Part shown: positions 51,301 through 64,000 of the stretch, one piece after another
How the letters are laid out: each line of letters begins with the position of its first letter
Numbering within the stretch: position 1 is the stretch's first letter
Source: Oopsacas minuta
Taxonomy: Eukaryota; Animalia; Porifera
DNA: 64,000 nucleotides
NCBI GenBank assembly: GCA_024704765.1
Contig: JAKMXF010000354.1
Coordinates: 977,690-1,041,689 of the forward strand
Direction of reading: 5' to 3'
Notes under the pieces: generated by a model
Database searches by the model: none
What the model was told of the DNA's origin: nothing
Seen by the model: only the letters and a program-made list of their open reading frames with translations
Position numbers and translations under genes: made by a program

Positions 51301-54300
51301 ATAAGAACTGAGAACTTCATTTGTCAGTTGAGACTCAACTAGATCTATCTTCTCGGAGATTTCGTACTTCTCTAAGATAGTTTGTAAATAGAAGGATCGG
51401 TTTGTTATCACATCACTCCACACAGATAGGGGGTCCATTTTCTTGTCAGGAAGTCTATTGTGCCAGCGTCTGAGCAAACGGTCTAAATTGTCTGTATTCA
51501 AATAGTTCTCTCTGTCTGAGACGAAATTTATGAACTCATTCATCTCTACTAATCTCTGTAGAGTCTGCAATTTGCCTGCCTTGCTATAAGGCTGGAAATC
51601 CGGTAAACTGGACCAAACCTGTGCAAAGTTCTGTACAGTGTACTGCACATAGTGTTTTGCCCTGTCTACATTGTTCTTAACTAAGTAATAGAGAGCTAAT
51701 TGTTCAGAATAGTGAGTCTCTAGGATACTTCGGTGTAGATCGTTCTGGAATGAGTTTTTTATGAATTGATCAAAAGAATTGTCTTTTCTTCCCGCGATCT
51801 GGAGTTTAACTTTAGTTTTCATTAGTCTTGGGAGATGTCGTTCAACATAATAATCATCGTTCCAAACCTGCATCAAATCGGTGTATGGATCATCTTCCTC
51901 ACTCATGGAGCTCAGAATATTTGATTCTAGTTCTTTCCATTTTCCTAAATTCTCCAAACAACCCATCAGTGAATCTTCCCATAGATCTTGTTCCTCTTGA
52001 CTCGCGGTTCCTTCTTCTGCATGCTCTAGTGCATTTTTATAGATCTTATAAGCACCTAGATAATTGTTAGTCTCCTCAGCTTCTATCCCTCTCTTCGTGA
52101 GTTCTTGAGTTCCAATCTGACTCCCGAATATTCCTCTCAGAGTATCAAAGTCCTCTATAGATTTGTATAACCTCCCCAGTTCTATCCAAATAGATGTCTC
52201 TTCCGTAGGTGCTTGCATTGCTCCTTTCGATCTCTTGCTACCCCTCGAGGATTCGGTACATTCCCCAGCACCCTGTAACAGCTGATTTTCAAGTACCATG
52301 ATGCCAGCTAGTTGTTGACAGGATACCAGACATGAAGTTGACACGAGAGTTGGCTCCAGATAGAAATGCAGAGAGCTGTCTTGTTTCAGACTGATATCCA
52401 TGATAGAAGCTATAAACGTTGGCGAATATCTCTGTGTAGTTTTCAAAATTCCATTTATAGTCACTTGCACTTTCTTCTTTGTTACATCGATTTCGTGCAC
52501 ACTCAAATACTTGTTGAGGTCTGAAAATATTGAAGTGAATAGAGTGGAGAATAAGAGACGAGCTATCTTATCGTCTCTCTGGGCTAAGGCTTGTAACGGT
52601 CTAATCAGTTCACTATTCTTAATTTGTATATCCGGCAGATCCCCTGTACGGTACTGTCTATACATAACTACCTTGTTACCACGAGATGCCTTCTGGAATT
52701 TGAAATACTCCTCGCGTAGTTTCCTCTTACGGACACTTTGTTTCTGGTAGAACACTGTAGATGACTGCTGACTCTTGAGGAACCTTCTCTTTAGTTGCAT
52801 CACAGGATGAGATGGTGAGTCTGTTGAAAGGGTTGCTACACCGCTAGATCCGATCTGCTTCATTCTCTTGGGGATTTTGAAGCCGGTAAAGAGGAGAGAA
52901 CTCTCGGAATCTGTGTCCATTATCGTAGGGTTGAATAATTGCTGAGATTGTAGACTGGGTGCTAACCAGTTGTATTTGTGTTCTGACTGGGTGCCTGGAT
53001 CTAGGGTAGGAGTGAATGCAATTGGTTGAATTGTTGACCTCAATTCCCCAGCCTCAGAGGTCTCTGTCTCCATTGGTTGAGGGTCCTGACTCTGTACTTG
53101 CGACTGAGAGGCCATGAGGGAAGGGAGGGTATTTGCGAAGAGAGGGAGGAAACCTGACTGTCTGTAACTATACGAGTAGTCTAATAATTTCTGAGCTTCG
53201 AATTTACATTCGGCCAGTGGATGATGGAACATTTCTAAGAGATAGTCAGGACTGCGACTAGCTAGCTCAAGGAAGAAGTTGGTCGAGTAAGATAGGAACT
53301 GGTCCTCAGTAGCTTCACTATACAATAGGGAGAGGATCTGGATGAGGCGCTGCACCGTCTCAGAGGGGAGGTGTGCCTCATTGTTCCAGAAAGCGAACAC
53401 TTTCAATCTGTTTGACTCAGAACTATCCAACAGACCCCTCAAAAGGAAGCTCTTAGCTCTGTCCCTCACGGTAGATTTCTCTTGGTCAGCCTTTTGGTCG
53501 AATAGAGCCATCATAAACTCATAACACATCTCTCTACTCTCAGAACTAGTGTTTGGGTAGATATACTCTAGAGTATCAATAAGAGCACTGAACTCTATTT
53601 CATCCATACATGGTACTATCTTAAGGGCCAATCTTATAGCGGAAATCTGTGTTTTAGAGTCCTTGACTCTCAAGATAGAATAAAAATCCTTCGTTTTCAG
53701 TTGCATTTTGAGGTCAGCCACAGAATCTGCTCTACTCGTGATAATGTCAATAACAAAGTTACGAGCATCATCTTTTAGTGATGGAAGTAGAAATAGAATT
53801 CTGTTTAAGAACCGATCACAGAACTCTGGGAAATTGATATGAATTTTGTAGAGACATTCTACGAACTTTGTCGGTTGGTTTTGAGCAGATAATATCCCAG
53901 ACATCCGTTCTTCAGTCCATTTAGTCAACAAGTCTATGTCAAACTTCCCGGCCTCTTTAATAAACTTTAGTAACATGCCCGTGACCTCTGCTGCTGGAGC
54001 ATAAACCTCTTTCAATCTGTGCTCGATACAGTACAGGAAACTCTCGTAGAATTTAGCCTCGCTTACATATATCTCCCCATATGGTGGTATGTCATTAGCC
54101 AATACGATACCCATCAGCTGTACGCCTGTCCTCTGCATTTTACCGTTGAGATTTCTGTTAGAAAAGTATCCCTGCATCACGCTATATGGCATGTTTAGGT
54201 TTTTCTTCCAACATTCAACTAGTGTTCTAACTATACTGAGGTTATTGCGTAGTACAGATCGCTCTTCAGTATGTGTGTTAGTCATTAGTCCTTCTAGGAG

Positions 54301-57300
54301 TTTACTAGCTAAGAATGTGTCTTCAAATACGTATGTCTGAGCCCAGGAGAGAACAGTTACTGTTAGATCCACAATGAAATAGTTCATTCCTTTATTCTCA
54401 TTACATTGGAGGAGGATAATCTGTACTAAAGGCTCTGTCCATAATCTTGCATAAGGTTGGAATACCTGCGGTCTGTTGATGACTATCTTTGCAATGAATA
54501 GCCTGATGTTGGTATGTGTAGATCCTTCTGTTAGCTTAGTGTGTAGTATCAGCATCCATTGAGGAAGGTCTGAGGGAGAGCTTGGGTTGGAAGGAGGATC
54601 TGGATTGATCTTGTTGTGTTCCATATAATCCAGTACACGTAGAATAGCATGCATACAGGGGTTCCTATTAATATAATCTAACTCTAGTTTCTCTTCTGAT
54701 ACAACGTACATGCCTTGAGGCTTTGGTTTGTGTTGATAGCGCAATCGTTTCTTGAATGAGAAGAACGAGGAAGACATAGAGAAGTCGTATTGAGATAGAT
54801 CGCTCACTAGACTACTGCTTGTCTGACTCAAATATAGAGAGGATAGGTATTTGTCCACGGGAGGAGGGGACATAGGGGGCGTATTGTCCGCCGAGCCTGA
54901 CTTGAAGTTGGATCTTATTGTTGTTAGTTTGTGACTCTGTTCCATGGGGTTATCCAGCATGACAGGAAACACTAAGTTTACATCTGTATTAATAATATTA
55001 TCCCATAACATTGATCCCTTAATGATGTCTTCTTTGAATAGGAATGTGCTATAGAAAGCCATCTTGGTCTGTGTACAAGTGATGATAGAGCAGATCAATT
55101 TGTAAGCGGATTGGTGGTACTCCAGTCTAATAACATTGAATGATTCACCCCTGTGGTCTTCTGATTTAGCCGCGTGAGCGGATTTGGTCGCAGCTTGAGT
55201 AAGCTCCTTCCCGTTCTTAGGTGTCCCATTACAGTATAAAGTATTCAACTTACTGTCCATTGAGCTCAAATCATTGCAAGGCAATCGTATGTACAGCTTC
55301 TCTATAAACTCGAAAGCACATAGTTTGGATATCAACTGAGACTGGAAATGAGGATCGGATTGCCTGCATGGTTTACCTTCAACTATCTTCATCAAGCTTA
55401 CAATATGTGATTCATAGAATTCTCTGAAGCAGGCATCACTCGCATAAGTCAACATAGGAATGGTAAATCCAAGAGCAGCTGATTTCCTAGTTGTGTCGTT
55501 ATACGATCCTTCATCTGAGTAGATTTGGAAGTAAAGGTCCAAGGCATTCTTTGCAATCAGAGGGGAAGCTTTCTCAATGAAATCTTGATAAGCCCCGAGT
55601 ATCGTGACACCGTATATATGTTTTTCCTGTCTACACACAACAGGAAGTAACACCTCTAGCATAAGGGTGCTATCAGGGTTGGATCCCATGGCAGCTAGCA
55701 TTCTGTCTATTGCAGTGATATACTCCTCACGAGCTGTGCTTCCTACAGCTAACTCTGTAGAGTAGAGAGGGAAATTGCTCTGTATATAATCGCTGAGTGC
55801 TGACTTTAGCTTACCTCTGAACTCTTGTTTTCCCATACAAGCGGCGAGGAAGAAAGGTACGAGTGAGAGACACTGAGAGCGGAATGTAGGTAGGGTGTCA
55901 GCGTCCCCGATTAATTGGGCGAATGAATCGAGGAGACAGTGAGATTTTGGGTATTCATTGAAGACATTTGTACTGAGAAGTCGTGTGAATTTGTTGAAAA
56001 TGGTTAAGAAACAAGTCTTAGAATCCTGACTAGCTTTGGGGGAATACCAATCCTTGAGGCTAGGCCATAACTCAAGGAAGGAAGGTACCAGATCATTATT
56101 AACCTTGCAATCTACTCGTTTGTCCAGTTTCTCACGGATAGAGTAGTCTAAGAGACTGTTTAGACACAGTACCACTAGGTTATTAGCTGAGGTATTTGCG
56201 TTTAGAATGGTTGAGAGATGTGTATAGCAATCTGAGAGGATAATCTGGTTAATGTGCTTTGAGAAGAGAGAGTATACAACTTCACCATTTGTACTGTTCG
56301 TATTTAGGCTGAGTATTTTCTCCAAGAACTCTTCTTTATTTGCTCCTAGCTTAGAGGCAAAGTTTACTAACAATCCTGCTAGGGTAACCTGTTGCGGTGA
56401 TAGAGATACGAATACAGAGTTATCAGTTAGAGTTACAAGACTTATGACTAAGTTAATTATCCTATTCGGTAATTCAGACGGAGTCTTCTCGTATTGACTA
56501 TACAGCCCTGTGTTATATAGCTGAATATACCCATTTATCAGTGTTATCAAACTGGAAACGTTGTCTTCCTCGATAGACAAGTTCTGGGATATATCGTACT
56601 CCTGACTAGACAGAACTTTCTCTGTTGTCTCTGCTAAAACAACCTTAGCCTCTACTGAGAGACAATCCATCATAGCTTGACAAGTTTCCATAGTGTATTG
56701 AGACAGCTTATTTGCTAGAGTTAGGTTGCCAGTGTTGAAGCCAAGCTTAGACGGACATAAAATTGAAACTAACACTACAGTCATCAGCCGTTCTGACCAG
56801 AATGCCAGGGGTATAGCGTGCAGATGATTAGAGAAATTTTTAAGCAGCGCAGATAATAGTTGTATCAACTTAACCACCACCAAACTCCGTAAATTATTGA
56901 AGAGATCTGTCTCTCTCGGAGTGAAAGAAGTTGTAGAAGTAGACTCAAAGCATGTTGTACAAGCTACGATATCACTGAAGGCTAATGAGGAACAGAAGAA
57001 CCCGATAGATTCAAAAAGCATTGAATTAGGCTCTGTCTTAGCTGTGAATAATTGTGTCGGTGTGAACAACTTTTTCTTAAATATCCAACAATAACAATCC
57101 AAAGCTGCTATCAAACTTTCAAGCCAAATTTCTACTGCCCTGAGAGAGAACTGAGTTCCTTTCAAGACAGAATTTTTTAGAATGCCTCTACTATCAGAGC
57201 CCCCACGCTCGAATCTAGTAGTGAAGTATCCGATACCCTTCTCATTCTCTATTATTTCCTTCTCCACCCATTCCACAGGGGTCTTACTATCACTAACCAG

Positions 57301-60300
57301 GGGACTAAACTCACAGAACAGGTGCATGCAGGACTCTCTGAATGCCGTCTCTGTCGATCCTACATTGCTCAGGGCAAATGAGACTATTCCGTGTAGAGTA
57401 GCTACTTTCAATCCTTTAGGAGTCTTCCTGTCTTTTGAAACTTGGTTGAATTGTGTCCGTTTGGCGTGTATAATCCTCTCAAGGTGTGAAATAACTTTTT
57501 GTATTTCAGTTTGTATTCCCAGAAACTCAGAATCTCTGTGAGATTGTCTGAGACTAGACAGGTATGTGATGAGTGTTTCTATAGTGAATATATTCACCAG
57601 CACAGCCTCCTCCCTGAACACGGTGTATAGTTTATTGAATGCCAGAGCAGCCCCTAGTCTACGGAAGGCGTTAGGATGTAGAGCCATGCTGTAGAGACGT
57701 TTGAGGAGAGACTTGGCATTTCCTGAGCTCTGTTCTTGCTGCTTTTTGGATGTCTGTTTGATTGACCACGCTAAGAACTCCTTAACACAAACTGCGGAGA
57801 AATCTCTCAATGCTGTATTCGAGGTATCTTCTAATCCGCTAAGAATTGCATTCAATAACTCAATGGTATCTGGACTCTCAAATGTCTTGTTACCCGTGAA
57901 CCAATGTATAGTTTGGAGGGTCAGGGGACGGAACAGCTGTACGCTCACCTCCTCTACATCACACCCTAGTTTCAACATAGCAGGAAAGATATGTGAATAG
58001 AGCCTACGCTGTGGAGATCTCTTCTTAACTGTGTCAGGTTGAGTAGCAGAATATCCTATCATGTATATTGTTATAGCATGTAACAGCTCGCATGCACATA
58101 CCTTGCTCTGTCTGTCACTGGAGTGTAGAGCTAGATCTATGACACGAGGGAGAAATGGATCCAAATATATAACAGGTTTGATGTCCTGGAAGGGGATCAT
58201 GTATTTCAGATGTAAAGAAGTGTCCCATGAAATGAGGTGAGGATTTGGACCTCTACTAATGAGGAATGAGTTCGTTTGTCCCCCAAGAGACCCGAGGAAC
58301 AGCACAATACGATGTCTTATCTTAGACAGCTGAGAGGACAGGTCACGTACTTCACTCTTGGTATCAGCTGTTCGGAGCTGCTTAGCAGACATTTTACTGA
58401 ACCTCTTACTGCCACTTAACGCGGTTATAAGTGCTCTCTCATTTGAAAGAGATTCAGCACCGGCATCAGCTGACGTGGTGAGATAGTCATTGAGTGCGGG
58501 GAGGATATCTGGTATGTGTTTGAGTATCACGTCAGATTGTAGAGTTAATAACCATTCTTCTAGAGTGTCAAGAGCAGTCTCTGCTAGTGGCAAATGGCTT
58601 AAACCAACTTCAAATGCTTTCTTGATAGCAGGTATAACAGCTGGAAAGTCCCTCTCTACAATCTGTATAGGGAATGAAAGAATGAGATGAAGAGAGGCTG
58701 CTAGCATTTCTCCTTTGAGCTGCGAAAGAGTTAATAACTGTTCGGAGAGGAATTTTTTGAAAAGTATAAAAGCATCAAAATGTAATGTCTCTTGTTCAAT
58801 CTCCATTCTGTCCTCGTTATCGAAGTATTTTAGTTTCCTACAGACAGACATACAAGTAGTGAGGAGCTTTAGAAACCCAGAGACATGAGGATATGTGTGT
58901 GACAGTATTATTAACATCCTGCCGAACGGTAGCACCCAATGAGAGAACATTTCTAGTTGTGCTGAGGGTAAGAGCTCTCCTGTGAAGTCTACAAGGTTCA
59001 AAAAGAATTGATACTCATTCGGGTTCTTAGGTTGTAGAGTTGTGAGATCATCTAGACTATTTGTCAATTCAGAATCCTGTGTAGAGGTTGTAGACTCAGT
59101 AGAAAGATCCAATTTATCAAGGATCAATAGGATAGCATGGATAACTTCATCGTATATGACTCTATACATTCCTTCTGCGTTAGGAAAGTCTAGTAAGAGA
59201 ACTGCTACTGTTGGTGTACGTTGAGGATCGATCAGGTTAAGCCAGAGGGGTAGAAAGTCCTGGTACGTGCTGTCTCTCGCAGGGAGGAGGAGGTCTCCCT
59301 CGTTCTCAGGTTCTGAGGTAGCCTCTAGCGGTAGGATCTGACTAGGGAGAGCATGGGTACAGGTGAACAGTAGTCCCTAGGGTGCAAAATATAAATTCAG
59401 TAAACAGTTGGTAAATTGAATCCTCACTTGGTAGATAATGTTCTGTAAAAGTTTCTTTAACATTGTCTGTGAAGAGATGAGGGATAGAAGGGCACGAGAG
59501 AGAGAAGTAAAGGCAGGCTTCTGGTGTTTGGGAATTATTCTAGGGAAAAATTCGAACAGCATTATGATCAGCTGTTCCAGACAGGTGCCAAATGATTGAT
59601 TGACACATCCCAGTTCTTTGGCTATACTAGCGAATGCCTCAAGGAAGGAAGGGAGTTGGTATACCCTCTCGGAAGCACTGTCTTCATTCTGAATTATCAG
59701 TAACTTGTCCGAGCGTCTGACTATCTCATTGACTAGCGTTTCAACTTCTTTAGGTTTTAGGAAGTGACTGCATGCACTGGCGAAGTACCCATACCCCCTA
59801 ACAGATATCCCCACCTTCTTAGTAGAACTAGAAAGATCATGTAGAATGTTACGAAATTGTTTTATGAAATACATTAGGAGAGATTTGCAGAGAGCTTGAT
59901 CTGTGTCGGGCGCTTCTAAGAAGTGTTGTGATATTTGGTAGAGGAAACTCTCCAGAGCTGATAAGCCATCATGTCTATAGATAATACGAATGGCTATATG
60001 CCTTATGTGTCACATCCATAAAATGTATACTAACTTTATATTTAGAATCTCATCTTAATTAAATTAGCTATTACTGTCTCTTAATTCACATAATCACACA
60101 AATCTCATAACACTCACTTAAGTTCCTTATTGTTGTGATCCAGTAGCTGTAGAAGGAAAAGGAATGTAGCTTGATAATCCGCGACTAGAAAAGGTCTAAA
60201 TTGAGCTCCATGTTGTGCTAGGAGTTTCAGACCCGCTCGTTGCACCTCGTATCTTGTCAGTGGTACCTGGGGGTCCGCCGCTTTCCTAGCGTATGAATAA

Positions 60301-62680
60301 ATATCTTTAGCATACCTACTTCCTTCCTCTGCACTCTTCGAGAATGATCGGAGATAATGGGTTAATCCCCGGAGACACCCGGCTATTACTGGCATGTCAG
60401 GACCTTTCTTACTATCCATCTGACTCTTTAATACGCCTAGTACGATTCAAAATTGAAAATTATACACTCTACACCCGTGATCTCAACACACGGATATATG
60501 AAATTACCCACTTTATCGAGGTGTGAAGTTGTACGAATATGGTACCAAAATTTGGTGAAATAAACAATTTCAATAATAGTTAACAAACCCAGGAACAGAG
60601 TGACTAATCTATCCTCTATAGTAGTAGCTAACAGATAGTAACATTCAGCTAACTTCCCCAAGAGTTCATAGAGACTTCCTCTAGCTCCAGAGGACAGTTT
60701 AGTACTCTCATGAAGTGCTGTGTTAAGACAACGGTCCAGTAGGTGTTGGACCCTCTCTTGCGGACCTAGGGGTAGCTTCTTGTCCAAGAGGACAAGTAGT
60801 AGGTCCAATGATATCATCCTTACCTATAGAGTTTGTAGCTCATACCAGTTCCTCAATAAATTCGAAAACAAACAACAAACAAACAAATAAATAAATAATT
60901 CTATGCACAAAAGTATTTCTAACTTCAATGCCCCTGAGGTAAGTCCGGTAATCCTGCTAATAAGTATCAGATTTCAGATTGACCAATTACCAAATGAATG
61001 TATCCAATAACAAATTACTGAGCTCTAAAGCGCTGCTGTGGATAGGAGCTAGCGGGGGACTAGCAGCAGCAATGTCTACAGCTATTCATCAGCCTCTCAT
61101 ACAGCTTAAGACACACATGCAGAGACCTGGGTTCAGACTGGGAGCCTTCCTCCAGCTGAGTAGACGCTACCCTGCTAAGACCCTATATGGAGGATTATTC
61201 CAGAGGATGCTAATCATTATGCCAGAGAAAGCATTCAAGATGCAGGGGTAGGTTGCTAGGATACTATATCTATAGAATGGTATGTGTGTACTTATGGAAA
61301 CCTAATGGTCATATCTAGGCTGATATTCTATTTTAGTTTTTGTATTATCCCTAATTATGTATGCTAAATTAGACCGATGAGACCCGTCAAATTCCCAGGT
61401 GACCTCTGGATTAGCGGTCATTTTATTGGAATCCATATACGACAGTAGAGGGGCCACAGAATCTCAAAATTTGTATTACAGTATATGGGGGGGTCTATAG
61501 AATATGTCAAATTGGTTTAGGTTGGGAATGTCTTGTGTTATATTTATGAATAAATGACAGATATGAATCAACTCGTTCTTTATTCGAGAGGAGAACAGAC
61601 CAGAGGCTATCCTACAAAGTAATGAAATGGTTTGTGAGTGGAGGAATTGCTGGAGTTTGTACCGCAATGCTTAACAGTCCTTCTGAGCTAATATCAATAC
61701 AAGCTACTGTGTGGAGGAACTCTCTACGAGATATCCTCCAGGAGAGAGGGTTTACGTTCTTATATACCGGCTGGACAGCTTGTCTATGCAGGGAAGTTGT
61801 ATTCGGATGCATTTTCTTCCCGTCAAGACACCTAGCTCAGCTACAACTAGAATGCTGGAGAGGTGAGGAGGCTACGAACATGGACAAGTACCAGGCGGGA
61901 CTATTCAGTGGGGTCTTAGCCTCATTTTCTACGACACCTTTTGATGTTATGAAGACTAGAATGCAATCAATTAACATCAGAGAGGGCAATAAATTGTCAG
62001 TACGGGGAGTGTTTGTATTTATTATCCAGAAGGAAGGGGTGAGATCCCTGTGGAGAGGTGTTGTACCGAGATTGATAGCAGTCCCTTCTCATCTGTCCTT
62101 CTTCTACCTCTGCTTTGAATTACTCGCCAGGAATTAAAGTTTGTAGTTATTTATTTATTTGTAAATATAGAGAAATTAAAATAGTTGAATTCAAGGATAA
62201 TTTGTAAAATTGGAATAGTAGTTACCCATAGGGCAAGGGGACAATACTTGGGGCTCTCCAGATCCCACTTTACCCAACAATAACTTGTAAACTACTAAAG
62301 TCCAATTAACCATAGGCAATGCCTGAACATACTTTTCCTAGTCTAGCCCTTGAGAATACGGAAAGCGCCGTCTCTCTCAGGTCGGGGCTATAATTACTCG
62401 CTCTGTCTTCCAGTCTGCGTACAAATGCGATCAGAAATTTGAAAGCAAATTCCAAAGCCTCAGAGAATTCGTCAAGGTCTGCAACTTGTTTTACAAACAC
62501 GAGAATACCAGTTTCAGGAGAGAAGAGAGATGAGAGGCAGAGATCAAGTTGTTCGTCAGGGAGGTCATAGCAGAGGGGGAACAAATCTTGTGCCAATTGT
62601 TTACCCTCCTCTCCTCTACGGGGGTGTGAAGATTTGAGGAGAAGGAGCAGAGAAGACAAGGTGTTGGTCAGGGCATCCAT
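48301..62680 (-). CDS. PRKDC: DNA-dependent protein kinase catalytic subunit (4075 aa, 10 exons)
   Basis: Exons 62680-62333, 60823-60589, 60436-60118, 59974-59428, 59376-50741, 50680-50362, 50301-50020, 49966-49391, 49323-49210, 49152-48301 sum to 12228 nt in frame. Motifs: YRTGDLPDIQI, kinase IKGGEDLRQDQRIEQLF and GDRHLSNF...IDFG, FATC ATDPNILGRTWHGWEPWV. Confidence 0.95.
60994..62137 (+). CDS. Mitochondrial carrier (SLC25; glutamate-carrier-like), 2 exons, nested antisense in PRKDC intron 1
   Basis: Exon 1 60994-61247 (GG|GTAGG donor) and exon 2 61561-62137 (GACAG| acceptor) join as PEKAFKMQG-YESTR. Three carrier repeats, including TPFDVMKTRMQ and SLWRGVVPRL. Confidence 0.8.
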
Positions 62681-62765
62681 CCACTCTAAAACATAGGAAT
62701 CATAATATCATATATCCATGGTTCGTAGATTCGTGAATGTTGGATTGGAATTTGGAGCAAAAGAA

Positions 62766-62837
62766 TGGAGGAGCGGGGTATCGAACCCCGGGCCTTTCGA
62801 ATGCAAATCGAACGCTCTACCACTGAGCTACACCCCC
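62766..62837 (-). tRNA. tRNA-Ala(TGC)
   Basis: GGGGGTG TA GCTC AGTGGTA GAGC G TTCGA TTTGCAT TCGAA AGGCC CGGGG TTCGATA CCCCG CTCCTCC A. Has the G3:U70 alanine identity pair, A and B boxes, and a T-run downstream. One T6:T67 acceptor mismatch. Confidence 0.93.
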
Positions 62838-63062
62838 GACAATAATATAATAGTTCTTTTGTTGTAAATTATCAGTAAATATGGAAAAAAATTGTAGAAA
62901 AACTAGCCAAAGACAAATGTCTATATATGGGCATGTTCTTAATAGTCAGTGGCACCTTGCCAACAGGCACGGCTGGGACAAGTCCTCCTTGGGCACAGGA
63001 CCCACCCCTTTACCCCAACAGCTGATTATATATAGCATATACAATAATAAAAGATAAATGAC

Positions 63063-63137
<75 letters not shown>
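63063..63137. repeat. (TAA)25 microsatellite
   Basis: Read directly. Confidence 0.97.
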
Positions 63138-63138
<1 letters not shown>

Positions 63139-63173
63139 CTTAAAGAATAAATATGACTTTAGAATAAATTAAT

Positions 63174-64000
63174 TTACTCTATGAGAATATTTATACATCT
63201 TAACACCTCGTCTAACTTCCTTTCTTGTACCTCCATTCGGTCTGTAAGTTCCTTTCTCAGGTCCGTGACAGCTTTCTCCAAAGCTCTAACGTAATCAATT
63301 TCGTGCCTTTTGTTAGAAAACAACCGATTATACTCCGATAAATAACGATCTCTTATTTTCCCTTTCTTCAAAATCATTTCCTTGGAATTATTGAGAAGAT
63401 ATTTGAGGCGGTTTAAAGAGTAAATAGACTTAGTTTGTATTCTATTTAGGAATCTCAGACTCCTGTATGTCGTGTACCTCATGGCATGCTGATTAATCCT
63501 CTTATAATTGCTAGATATCCTACCGACGAATAGAGACCGCATGACTAGGACAGTTAGGAAGGCAAACGACATGAACACGATAACCATTAACCAGTTGTAA
63601 ACCTCCAGATAATTGAATTTAATAATAGCCCCCTGTTCTACTAAGAGACGTAAGCCATTGAGTAACAACCAATAATATTCCCCGTCAAAGGAAGTCCGAA
63701 CACTATCATACTTCCCAGAGGTGTTAAACAAATTTGGGTCGGGTGGAGGTGCTAAATATGAGATATAGAACATTCCAGAAAATTGGAAAAGTGGAATGAA
63801 GAATACGATTAGGAATAAAATGCTGTCTTTCAGAGCTTCGTAAAGTGTTTGGAGATATGTACCGATTACAGGAATAACAACAATATGACGTAACAACAAC
63901 AAGAAGCTGAAGAAGTAAACAAACACTGCAAAGATCGTTTGTATGTTTAGCACACTTGTGAACAAACTTGTTACTCGTAAACAGGCATAAACAAAACCGC
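63174..64000 (-). CDS. TRP-family-like cation channel, C-terminal part (S4-S6, pore region, coiled coil); 5' end outside the window
   Basis: The frame stays open to the window edge. IGTYLQTLYEALKDSILFLIVFF (S4-S5 linker/S5), pore segment, FAFLTVLVMRSLFVGRISSNYKRI (S6-like), terminal coiled coil. Confidence 0.55.
   Translation of the reverse strand, partial: GFVYACLRVTSLFTSVLNIQTIFAVFVYFFSFLLLLRHIVVIPVIGTYLQTLYEALKDSILFLIVFFIPLFQFSGMFYISYLAPPPDPNLFNTSGKYDSVRTSFDGEYYWLLLNGLRLLVEQGAIIKFNYLEVYNWLMVIVFMSFAFLTVLVMRSLFVGRISSNYKRINQHAMRYTTYRSLRFLNRIQTKSIYSLNRLKYLLNNSKEMILKKGKIRDRYLSEYNRLFSNKRHEIDYVRALEKAVTDLRKELTDRMEVQERKLDEVLRCINILIE

Noticed and set aside
48301-62680. DNA-PKcs split over many ORFs as a pseudogene
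   Set aside because: All breaks coincide with phase-compatible splice sites, and the kinase and FATC motifs are intact.

Overview
Eukaryotic (animal) genomic DNA: AT-rich, very gene-dense, with mostly intronless genes and short spliceosomal introns. This style suggests an early-branching metazoan, possibly a glass sponge (inference only). Contents in order: (1) the 5' part of a laminin beta chain (minus strand, missed by the ORF track). (2) A TIAM1/2-like Rac GEF that I assembled from 9 exons (2224-15439). Its introns host DECR2, SPATA24, a GLUT8-like sugar transporter, three tiny Maf-like bZIP genes and a Helitron remnant. (3) A compact housekeeping block: NCBP3, VPS37A, ZDHHC3/7-like, tomosyn, RGS3-like, pallidin, EXT2, PGK, GCC1. 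(4) An accessory island at about 32.9-42.9 kb with three paralogous N-myristoylation-motif proteins whose C-terminal ~170 aa resemble an IL-1-family beta-trefoil, a TRIM-like coiled-coil/NHL gene, an ICMT-like ORF with an in-frame TAG, and several DNA-transposon remnants. (5) POLDIP2, SCAF4/8 and a complete 10-exon DNA-PKcs gene (4075 aa, one GC-AG intron) with an SLC25 carrier nested in intron 1. (6) tRNA-Ala(TGC) and the 3' end of a TRP-like channel. The top leads are the IL-1-like triplet, the Asn-to-Ser Maf-like bZIP micro-genes and the multiply nested TIAM locus. All homology calls come from reading the translations against remembered family motifs; no database search was run.
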